This document shows positions 46,301-58,300 of a stretch of DNA of 64,000 nucleotides, one piece after another. How positions within the stretch are numbered: position 1 is the first letter of the stretch; each line of letters opens with the position of its first letter. The translations under genes were made by a program, and so were the position numbers. Location: positions 188,046,001 through 188,110,000 of the forward strand of contig NW_027362762.1 of the NCBI RefSeq assembly GCF_046119375.1, written 5' to 3'. The stretch comes from Phyllobates terribilis. Lineage: Eukaryota. A model generated the notes under the pieces. It ran no database searches and was not told where the DNA came from. It was given only the letters and a program-made list of their open reading frames with translations.

Positions 46301-49300
46301 ACTCCTCTACACTCCCATGGGCGTGGAGAGGAGTGAATATCCCCGCAGCTCACCTCGGCATCACGTGGTAGCTGCAGCAGCCCGCTACTACCTGTGCTAG
46401 CTGCCCCACCACCCTACACAGCCGGGAGAACAACTGAGCCGTGAGGGGACGCGGGACAGTCCAGCGGAAACCGGGACGGTTGAGAGCTAGGTCTATAAGC
46501 ATAAAATAAAAACATATTACAAAGAAATATGCGTCACGATCTGGTTTTAAATAAAATACTATTGGTGATTCAATCCTTCTAAAAAAAATTGTCACAGACA
46601 CCTTTTCCAAATGAAGTTAGTGTAGTGAGCTGCTGATCCTCCTGGATATTGGCTTCCCTCACAGCAATCAGCTATTATTAATAAAGGAAACCAGGTTGAG
46701 GAATGCCTTTCTTCTACTAGGGGCATATAGTATAGTTGTCTTCCTAAAATAACTTCTTTACATTGGCTATACCCAAGAAGAAAGTTGGCCAAACCTGACG
46801 ATTTTGATGACCTCGGCCAACAGTCGATATGTCACAGGTCAGATCATGCATCTGGACATACCACATTCAACCCTTGAGGTGTTTCGCAGCATCCTTCTGG
46901 ATATTTTTGTGAACATCCTGTCACTAATCCCATTCAAGAAGACAGTCTTCTTCTTAGTCAAATATAGCAGCTCCCATGTAACAAAGGATAAAATATTTAG
47001 GCCGGGATCATATTACCATATAACACGGCCGAGTGTTATCGGATGTTTTATCGGATAGCACTTGGCCCAATATTGTTCTATGAGGCAGTGCAGATCAGCG
47101 ATTATTTTCTCATGTCGATTCGGCATGATAGAACAATCGCTGCATGCTGCGATGGCCAGCGAGACTCGGCTCGCTCGCACACATACAAGTCTATGGGTGC
47201 GTGTGAAACATCGGACGTCATCCCAGTGCAGTCTGATATACGCCGAGACCGGCAATGGAGGAGGAGGAGAAATTACTTTCTCAGTCTCCTCCACACCTGC
47301 TGTGCTTTGATTCTCTCATGCGAAAGGATCGCAGTACAGTAGAATGACACTCGGCTGACGCTGGCAGCAGAGCTGGAGCTGAGCGTCATTAGCATATCAC
47401 ATCCGGTGCTCTCACATCGGATGCCATACACTACTGTGATTCCAGCCTTAGAGGGAACCTATTGCTTGTGAGAAAAACAAAAAAAGTGACACAAGATGAT
47501 ATTATGAGTCTTTTCTCAAATACTTATCATTAACAAATCAGATGATTTCTATTGGTTTACAGGGAAGCAGGTTTCTCTTTAATTAAACTAAAGTGAATCC
47601 AAAATCTGGTGAAATTCTCTTCTCTGGGAGGAGCCAATTGTGAAGGGGTATCTAATTATATACAGTATCTTAACCCCTTCCCGACCCATGTCACACCGTT
47701 TGTGACATGGAAAACAGTTCGTTCCCGACCCATGTCACAGCGTCTGTGACATGGAGGGATAGCGCCCCTGCAGCGCCTGCGAGCGGGGTCGCTCAGGTGT
47801 CACAGTTGCTACTGCAACTAGACAACCTGTAGTTGACCCCACAGGGGGTGGATTAACCCCCCCGTGCCTAAAACCCCTCCGATTGGCAGTTTCACTTTCA
47901 CTTTTAGTGAAACTGCCAATCGGAATGAATGAAATATTTCACCAATGGAAATTGGTGAAATATTTACTTTCTGGGCATGGCATGATGCTTATAGCATCAG
48001 CCATTGGCTGGGGGGAGTGTCACCTCTGTGTCACCCCCCCCAGATCTGATTGGGGGGCTAGCATCACATGGACACTAGCTCCAATCAGATGTCGAGCGGT
48101 GTATTTACTATGGCTGACCAAACTTTCCAGATCCATCCCTTCCGTGGAGCCAGAGGAGTTTGGTCACGCCGATCCGCTGCTGCCACAGATCATCTGCCCC
48201 GCCGCCGATCGTCTGCCACCTCCATCGCCGCCACCGATCCTCTGCACCCGCCGCTGCCACCGCTGCATATCTGCCGCCGATCCCCTGCACCCGCCGCTGC
48301 CTCCGCTGCTGATCCGCTGCCGGTAGTATCCCCCCCTTATCAGATTTCCAGCCCCCACTCCCCCCCCAACCCCCCCCTCCACCCCCCTTCCACCCCAGTC
48401 CCAATTTCTCACCTGTACCCCGACCTCCGCTCCCTCCCTCTCCCACGTCTTCATCCACCGGCTGCTGCTCTCCTTCTGACAGCCGGTGGACTGTGATCAC
48501 AGGCAGCAGCAGACTCAGTGTAAATCTCCTGCGCCTGTGATCACACCACCATCCCCCAGTCCCAGGGATCACACCATCATCCCCCAGTCCTAGTGATCTC
48601 ACCCACCATCCCCCAGTCCTAGTGATCTCACCCCCCCCAGTGATCACCAGCCCCCTCCCCCGTCCGAGTGATCACCCCCCCTGCTGCTGCCAGCTACTGC
48701 CTGCCGGCCCCTACCCCCCTTGCTGCTGCCGGCTCCTGCCCCCCTTTCTGCCCCTTCTGCCCCAGTGATACCCCCCCTGCTGCTGCTGCTGGCTCTTCCA
48801 TCTCCTCAGCCCCCTCCTGCGCCCCATCGCGCCCCCTCCTGCGCCCCGTGCACATGAGCGCGCCCCCTCCTGCGCCCTGTGCGCCTGAGCGCGCCCCCTC
48901 CTGCGCACCGTGCGCCTGAGCGCGCCCCCTCCTGCGCCCCGTGCGCCTGAGCGCGCCCCGTACGCCTGAGCGTGCCCCCTCCTGCGCCCCGTACGCCTGA
49001 GCGCGCCCCGTACGCCTGACCGCGCCCCCTCCTGCGCCCCGTGCGCCTCCACACGTGATTTACACCAAGCACTCACACATACACACGTACACTCACACTA
49101 ATAATAAAGTTTAGATTTTTTTTTTTTACCCACAGCACACAAAATGTCCCGCCCGTCCCGCCCTAGGGCGTACTCAGCTGAGGAGGCATATTCCTTTATT
49201 GCCTCCGAAGCTGATAGTGAGGGAGAGGACCCCACGTTCCTCTATTCCTCTCATTCTTCCTCCTCCAGTGACACCGAGCCGGCACCAAGACGACGTCAGA

Positions 49301-52300
49301 GGTCAAGGCATCGTCCGGAGGCCGTGGAAGAAGACCCACAGCCATCTGTAAGTAACCCTCAACCTGGTGCTAGTCACGCCCAACCTAGCACCAGTGCCCC
49401 CGTGTGGACCCCCGTCCCTGAAAATTACGCTCCACGGATTCCTGATTTCCTTCCCCAATCAGGAATCCAGTTTGAGACAGCAAACCTCAGTGAAATAGAC
49501 TTTTTCAAAGTCTATTTCTCTGAGGCCATTGTCAGTCTCATGGTGGAGCAGACTAACATTTACGCCCAACAATTTTTGTCTGCAAACCCAAATTCAATGT
49601 TTTCTACTTGGAGTCCCGTTGACTCAGTAGAAATGTTGAAATATTGGGGACTGGTACTTCACATGGGGATTGTGAAGAAACCAGAAATCCGTCAATACTG
49701 GAGTACCGATATTTTATATCAAACTCCAGTGTTCGGAATGGTGATGACCCGCAAAAGATTTGAGGTCATTCACAAATTTTTACATTTCAGGGATAACGCG
49801 GACAGCCTTCCCCGTGATGACCCGAATTTTGACAGACTGTTCAAAATTCGTCCGGTCATAGAACACTTCAGCAATAAGTTTGCTGAAGTGTACGTTCCCC
49901 AAAGGGAAATTTCTGTGGATGAATCCCTCATCCACTTCAAAGGGAGGCTTCAATTCCGACAATACCTGCCCAGTAAGAGGGCCAGGTACGGAATAAAGCT
50001 CTACAAGCTGTGCGAGAGTGCCTCAGGGTACACTCACAGCTTTAGAGTTTACGAAGGAAAGGATTCGAGGATTCAGCCCCCAGAATGTCCACCTGCTCTG
50101 AAGGTAAGTGGGAAAATAGTGTGGGATTTGATCCGCCCACTGCTTGATAAAGGTTACCATCTATACGTTGATAACTTTTATACAAGCATTCCCCTATTTC
50201 AGTCCCTCTCTGCCAGAGCTACCGCCGCTTGCGGTACTGTGCGCAGAACCCAGAGGGGTCTCCCTTTGACGCTAATTGAGCAGCTTCTCCCAAAGGGTGA
50301 TAGCCGAGCTCAATGTAGCGGCAACATGGTTGTGGTGAAGTACAAAGACAAAAGGGACGTCTTTTTCTTGACCACAATCCATGGTCCCGGCATCACGGCC
50401 ACCAACGTTAGAGGTACCCCAGCACCGGTCCGCAAACCGGACTGTGCCCTGGAGTACAACAAGCACATGGGGGGAGTTGATCTTTCTGATCAAGTCCTCC
50501 AGCCCTACAGTGCGATGAGGAAGGCGAAAGTCTGGTATAAAAAACTGGCCGTGCACATCGTTCAAATGGCACTGTATAACGCATACGTGCTGTCATGATG
50601 TGCAGGCCAGACCACCAACACCTTCCTCAACTTCCAGGAGGCGGTGATAAAGGCCCTGATTTTTAGAAGCGAAGAAGAAGCGGGCCCCAGCACCCCTGGA
50701 ACTCGAGTCTCCCGTGTGGTACCAGGGCAACATTTTCCTGGTGAGGTCACGGTAAGAAAAAGGTGCCGGGTCTGCCACAAAAGGGGGATAAGAAAGGTCA
50801 CCCGTTTCCAATGTGAAACGTGTCCTGATAAACCGGGACTGTGTTTGAATGAATGCTACAAAATTCATCACATGTCCCCGGACTAAACACATCCTGACCT
50901 TCCCTACAGAACTCACCCACACTAGCATGACATGCGAAACATCACACACACACACACAACAACCTCACGTACACTACAACACAACACCAACCTATGTCAG
51001 GTTGGTGTGTGTGTTGTAGTGTATGTGAGGTTGTTTGTGTGTGTGTGTGTGGTGTATACACCACACCACACACCAAACTCACATACACTACATCTAGATA
51101 AGTTCCCTGGGGGGTCTAGTTTCCAAAATGGGGTCACTTGTGGGGGAGCTCCAATGTTTAGACACACAGAGGCTCTACAAACGCAACATGGTTCCAATTT
51201 GTTAGCGGACACCATGTCGTGTTTGGAGAGGTCCTGTGTGCCTAAACATTGGAGCTCCCCCACAACTGACCCCATTTTGGAAACTAGACCCCTCAAGGCA
51301 CCTATCTAGATGCATAGTGAGCACTTGGAACCCCCAAGTGCTTCACAAATTGATTTGTAAAAATGAAAAAGTATTTTTTTTCCACTTTTCATTTTTACGA
51401 ATCAATTTGTGAAGCACCTGGGGGTTCCAACTGTTCACTATGCATCTAGATAGGTGCCTTGGGGGGTCTAGTTTCCAAAATGGGGTCACTTGTGGGGGAG
51501 CTCCAATGTTTAGGCACACAGGACCTCTCCAAAAGCATCATGGTGTCCGCTAACAATTTGAGCCGAAATTGTTAGCGGACACCATGTTGCGTTTGGAGAG
51601 GTCCTGTGTGCCTAAACATTGGAGCTCCACCACAAGTGACCCCATTTTGGAAACTAGACCCCCCAAGGCACCTATCTAGATGCATAGTGAGCACTTGGAA
51701 CCCCCAAGTGCTTCACAAATTGATTCGTAAAAATGAAAAAGTGGAAAAAAAAATACTTTTTCATTTTTACGGATTAATTTATGAAGCACCTGGGGGTTCC
51801 AAGTGCTCACTATGCATCTAGGTAGGTGCCTTGGGGGGTCTAGTTTCCAAAATGGGGTCACTTGTGGTGGAGCTCCAATGTTTAGGCACACAGGACCTCT
51901 CCAAACGCAACATGGTGTCCGCTAACAATTTCGGCTCAAATTGTTAGCGGACACCATGATGCGTTTGGAGAGGTCCTGTGTGCCTAAACATTGGAGCTAC
52001 CCCACAAGTGACCCCATTTTGGAAACTAGACCCCCAAAGGCACCTATCTAGATGCATAGTGAGCACTTGGAACCCCCAAGTGCTTCACAAATTGATCTGT
52101 GAAAACGAAAAAGTACTTTTTTTTTTACAAAAATTTTCTTTTAGCCTAAATTTTTTAATTTTCACATAGGTAACAGGATAAAATGCATCCTAAAATTTGT
52201 TGGGCAATTTCTCCTGAGTACACCGACACCTAATATGTGGTCAGAAACCACTGGTTGGGCGCATGGCAGGGCTCAGACTGGAAGGAGCGCAATTTGACTT

Positions 52301-55300
52301 TTGGAGCTAATTTTCCAATCAAAAAGTGAAATGGCGCTCCTTCCCTTCTGAGCCCTGTCGTGCGCCCAAACAGTGGTTTATGACCACATATGAGGTATTG
52401 GTGTACTCAGGGGAAATTGCCCAACAAATTTTAGGATGCTTTTTACCCTGTTACCCATGTGAAAATTAAAAAATTTAGGCTAGAAAAAAAATTTTGTTAG
52501 AAAAATTAAAATGTTCATTTTTTTCTTCAATGTTGCTTTAGTTCCTGTGATGCACCTGAAGGGTTAATAATCTTCATGAATGTAGTTTTGAGTAGCTTGA
52601 GGGGTGCAGTTTTTGGAATGGTGTCACTTTTGGGTGTTTTCTGTCATGTACACCCCTCAAAGGGACTTCAAATGTGATGTGGTCACTAAAAAAAATGGTT
52701 TTGCAAATTTTGCTGGAAAAAAGAAAATTTGCTGATGAACTTTGAACCCTTCTAACTTCCTATCAAAAATTATTTTTTTTCCAAAATTGTGCTGATGTAA
52801 AGTAGACATGTGGGAAATGTTATTTATTAACTATTTTGTGTCACATCACTCTCTAGTTTAGCAGAATAAAAATTAAAAATTTGAAAATTGAGAAATTTTC
52901 AAAATTTTTCCCATATTTTTGATTTTTTCACAAATAAACGCAAATATTATCGACCTAAATTTAATACTAACATGAAGCCCAATATGTCACGAAAAAACAA
53001 TCTCAGAATCGCTAGGATCCGTTGAAGTGTTCCAGAGTTTTTACTTCGTAAAGGGACACTGGTCAGAATTGACAAAAATGCCAAGGTCTTTAGGGTCAAA
53101 ATAGGCTGGGTCCTGAAGGGGTTAAAGAGGTTTTCCACTACTAGGACAACCCTTCTTAAACTAAATGTTCGATCGTGATAAAATAAAAAAACCTATACTC
53201 ACCTCCCGTAATGGCTCCGTTCCAGCGGGGTCAGCACTCGCAGTCCTGGGCTGTGCTGCGGTGGAATGACACCTGGTGCCAATCAGCGCTGGCATCACTG
53301 TCTCCGCCTTTGACAAACTGAACACGAAGAGGAAGTCCAGGATCAGCTGCAGCTGGACATTCAGTTTAAGGAGAGGTTGTCCCAGTAGTGGACAACCCCT
53401 TTAATGATAAATGGAGCATTATTCTCAGATTTTACTTGTATTGGATTGTTTCTTCAAGTCACTGGTCATAAAAGCAAAATACAAACATGTGAAATTCACC
53501 AATGCATCCCGATGAGATGCGAATCAGCAAAGCATATTTAAGTGAAAATTTTCCTCATCTCTTGCCAGGAGTGAAAATTTTACTTTGTACAAAATACTGT
53601 TATTACAGGCAGGGCTGCCACTAGGTATTTCGGGGCCCCCTTGATACTCTGCCCAGGCTCCACCCCAGCTCCACCTCCTACCCTTGAACCTTCAACAGTC
53701 TCACTGCCCACGCTTGGAAAAACTCCACTTCATCAGCACCACGTCATCAGCCTCCCCTCCCTCATCAGCGTCCCCTCAGCAGCCTCCCCTCCCTCATCAG
53801 CATCCCCTCCCTCATCAGCCTCCCCTCCCTCATCAGTGTCCCCTCCCTCATCAGCGTCCCCTCCCTCAGCAGCCTCCCCTCCCTCATCAGCCTCCCCTAA
53901 GCAGCGCAGAGCAACACACAAACACAAACTTCCTTACTTGACCTCCCGCTGCTGTCCCTGCAACACATATGGCACGCTGCTGCTCTGATCCGGATTGAAG
54001 ATGAGCGCGCAGTGTGTCACATGACCGACGTCAGGACCATGATGCACCCGACCACGGATTAAAGGTACAGCGCTAATTTCTGCCCGACGGGTGCATCATG
54101 CGCCGAACTGTTGTCCCTAAGAGGCCCGGTAAGCAGAAGCTAAAAGAGGGGGGCCCCGGTTCGTGGGCTTGGGGCCCAGGCTGGCCGGCCCCCCCCTTTT
54201 TGCTTCTGGTCACTGGGCCCCATACAGCAGTAAGGGCAGTAATTCCCTGATGGGGGCCCTGATTACGGGTGCATTATGCAGCCCAGATAAATGGGGATAT
54301 AGTCACTTCTCGAAAATGACCTTTTTTAAATCAGGTTTTTGTGTTACCTGTATTTCTATTTAAATGTAGGGCGATACTTTTTAAAAAATATATATATTGC
54401 AATCTTTATTAAAATACAAAATTAGTAAACTTGTAATTTTCACATTGGCCACTGGGGCTTTTTTCGACTCATACTTCCTGTCCTTTCAGGAACAGTTTTC
54501 AGGAGGCTCCTTATCATTAGAGGCATGATTGCAAAGACAGGAAACACTTCTTTACACAGCTGATAATAATGATAATATAGAATCCACCAATCAAATAGGC
54601 AATGTCAGAGCTGACCCCTCCCTTCATAATGACCTCTGTAAAGGCTCAATAGATCATTATGTACTTTAATACAAAAGATAGGGTCAGAGTCTTTTAATTG
54701 TGGTTATACAGATGTGTTATTTTCTGAAACAACAGGGAGACAGAGTCTAAAAAAAGTGGCCAGTGTGAAAATTGCAAGATTATTTTTTTTTTATTTTAAT
54801 ACAGATTGTGATATGGATTTTTTTTTTTGTAAAATATAAAAATATAAACAATTTTAACATAAGAACCTGATTTAAAGAGCTTCCGTGTAAAAATTACTTT
54901 TCAAGAGGAGGGCATAGCTGCTTCTATAGGGTTAATCTGCAAAAAGAGGACATGTTTGCTTCTAAAGGGTTAATCTACTAGGAAAGGAAATAGCTGCTTG
55001 TAACAGGTTATTCTTCTATGGAGAGATATAACTGCTTCTCATGGTGATCTCACAAAAATGTCAACATAGTAAAACAGTGGAGAACTCAACTTTAGCATCC
55101 CTAATTTTAAAATGCCAAAGCTTTTACTACTCAATTAATTGAGACATTTTTTTACTTTTACTAATAATTCATATATCAGAAGAAGGTATATTTTAGCCTC
55201 CTTTGGTTCTCTTTAAGGAAACCAGCAACAGATATTTAACTACTTGTAGACTGCACATAGACTTTAACGGTCACACCTTCAGTTTTTGGTGAGTTTTTTA

Positions 55301-58300
55301 CCTTAGTGTTTGTAAGCCAAATCCAGGAATGGAACAATCTGAGGAAAAGTATAACAGAAACACATGCAATACTTCTGCATTTTACCCCCCATTCCTGGTT
55401 TTGGCTTACAAATGCTGATGTAATATACTGACCAAATACTGAACATGTGAACATGGCCTACAGTCCGGGTGGTCCGCGTTCACATTCTAAAATGTCATGC
55501 AGCTGTGGGGGCAGAGAGCCGACCTCACCATAGAGAAGGCAGGGACAGTTTGTTACCGTCTCTGCCTTTCCGATCGCTATATACACAGCACTGACAAGTC
55601 TAAGGTTATGCACCCCTGTTGGGTGATCTATAAACAAGGAAAGTACCTGTTTTAGGCATTCTCCTTTCTCCCCTCCTAGTTTTTGGTTTGTTTTTTGACT
55701 TGATGTACCCATGCTTGAAATGTACATTCTGCTGTTTACCATCTTATAACAACCTTGTCATGTATATTTCAAATCATATTCGCATTAATGTCTGAAAACT
55801 TTATTTTCAATAAAGAAAAAAAAAATTAAGCCCCACATATCACAGAAAAAAAAGATGCAAACATGTAAATATCCTAACGAACAAATTTTGCAGCTCTTTA
55901 AACCGCATGTATGAAAAAAAACAAAAATGTGGCTGATCAGGAACGGGAGTAAATGGCACGGTCCAACGTTAGCTATAAAGGTTCTCCATTTTGGAAAATG
56001 TTTACTTTTTGGAGAGATCCCTTTACTAATAAACAATCACAACCATGATGAATCGCCCAGTGGTCAGCGGTAATCTCCGGGGACACATGGTGAAATTGTG
56101 TAGAAATTCTGCAGCATCAAAAACTCCAGAAAGCCTACATTCCCACAATGAGTATAAGTGTAGTGGATGCTCCCTGATTCTATATCATTACAGTCCAGGG
56201 TATAATAGATTAGGAGACATCTGTGTATTGACTTGTTCCATCTCAAAATAAGGGCTGGTACCTGCTAAATTGATTCTTGCTGATTATTCGTTTTATTCAC
56301 ACAGTATTTATACACTAACTACCAACATAGAAATGACAAGATGATGTCGATCTTTTGATTGGATAGAGCCTAGGTTGGAGCGTCTTCCATTAGGAGCTGC
56401 TTCAAAGAAGTGACCTGCAATTTCTTTTCTCCCACTAGATATTTTTCAATATTGAACATATTAAAAGCAAGTCGGTTTCAATAGAAATGAATAGGAAGAC
56501 TCTTTCAGGCGGTTTTTGGAGCGTTTTTTTTTAGGGTGGGGGCGACTTTTGGAGCAGACCCACTTCAAAAGATTTCTAAAAAAAACTTAATGTGTACGTA
56601 CTCTTACATGTAAATATAAGGACACACTGTATACATCTCTAATTTTTTTTTTATACATACATAGGTGATTTAGTAGGAACACTACATGTGGACAGAGTCT
56701 TAGAAGTATAATTTATTTTTTTATAACTTTTATTAACATTTGTATTATAGGGGTTATCCAGGACTATTTTTATTTTTTTTTACTAAGAACTAACAGGCAA
56801 TCAGTTGCTACATACCTGCCTGTTGTGCCCGGCGCTGATCTCTGCTGGCACAGACCGATCCTGCAGGCGAGTCAGTTGTCTCCTCTGACATCACATCGAC
56901 AGAGCAGCGGCTTCTCTTCCGCTCTGCTCTCTTAGCCGGGCGTGACTGCTGACATGATGCTGATTGACAGCCGGCTCCCCGCTGCCTATGTGTGGGGAGC
57001 TGGCTGACAATCAGCATCATGTCAGCAGTCATGCCCTGTCGACAGAGCAGACCGGAAGAAGATCTGCTCTGTTGGCACAGAACAGCTGAATTGCTGGCGG
57101 TCAATGACCACTCTGAACTGGGTAGAACAAGCCGGCTAGCAACTACCTGCCTGTTACTTTTTAGGCCCATAGTAAAAAAAAAATAGTCCTGGACAACCCC
57201 TTTAAAAGACCTTTTCATCTGATTGGTGCCGCTTAAAACACAGGCAGCGTGAATTGGTGGACTTTAGAATTCGAGGCCGTTGCGCCATTGTATTGAAGTC
57301 TATGACAAGTCAACCATATCCATCTTGTGACAAGCGACAAAATTAAAAGAAATTTGGAAACATTTGCAACTCAGTAAATCCTTGAAAGCCTACATACAAA
57401 GCATTTCGATTTATGGCCTATTTTAGGGTCAGAGGTGGTCTTATTGACTAGGCGCCATGCTCGGGGTACAATGTTTTTTTTTTTCTGTTTTTCTCTAGGA
57501 CTTTAAAAGCGTAAAAAATGCATGTACAAATTGTTTTAATTTAAAAGTGTTATTAAAAAAAAAAATTTTTCCTGAAAAAAAAACAAAACAAAACAAATCT
57601 ACATAAAAAAAGCCTGAAATGCATGTCATTTTTACAATTGTAAAAAATGAACAGTGTGTGTGGTTAATGCCATAAGAATTCTAGTTCAGGTTTAGCCTCC
57701 TTTATTGTGACCATATTTGCTAATAAAGGTCTCGAGCAGGATTATTAGTGGTATGTAATTTTTTTTTTTTTTTATAACGTTGCATCCTCCAGCTCCTTAA
57801 TGATGAAAACGGATCCTGCTTCTTTAAATAATTCATGTTAATCTAGCTGCTGGATGGAAATGATGGGCAGTGAATACAGTGACATCAGCAGCACAGCAAT
57901 ATCAGCCACCTGCTTCCAGCAGAAAGACTCAGAGAGAGGGTGGAGGGAGAGCCCAAGCTACACCCCCTCCTTAACTCCTCACTACTCCTGAGCACCAAAG
58001 CAGGACATCCAGGTGAGTGACCTGCCCCAGACACCTCGCTGGTCTCCTCACTCCTCTTCCCCTCTCATACCAGACTTTGCAGTAATCTCCTGCCCCATTT
58101 CCTGCAGCTGCCGGAGCAGCTGGTGACTGCTGGGTCTCAGAGGCCTCAGCTTACAGCCTGGAGCCAGATCTTACATCTACCTATGTGATGCAGCAATCTT
58201 CGCTGCTTAGCTGGCACAGGAGGGTATCATGGTGCCAGTGCAGGCTGGGCAGTATGGGTCAGAGTTACCTTACGAGAAAGCCACCTGGTCTCCCATACGA

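Larger units (their letters stand above)
47674..53121 (+). mobile_element. Near-intact piggyBac transposon (5448 bp)
   Basis: TTAA TSDs at 47670 and 53122; TIR CCCCTTC(CC/AG)GACCC; encodes a piggyBac transposase. Confidence 0.95.

Noticed and set aside
46862-46970. Additional minus-strand exon ([19 protein letters not shown]) with GTATGT donor
   Set aside because: Needs a GAG acceptor and a 67-nt intron with a poor acceptor at 46795; kept only as an alternative to the preferred chain
48068-49076. GC-rich ORFs in the piggyBac left arm
   Set aside because: Products of GC-rich tandem repeats (CCGCCGCTG; about 29-bp GCGCCCCCTCCTGCGCCCCGTGCGCCTGA); low complexity in all frames
55460-55830. L1 3' end with poly(A) tail
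   Set aside because: AATAAAG-A-run and faint similarity only; too weak to call
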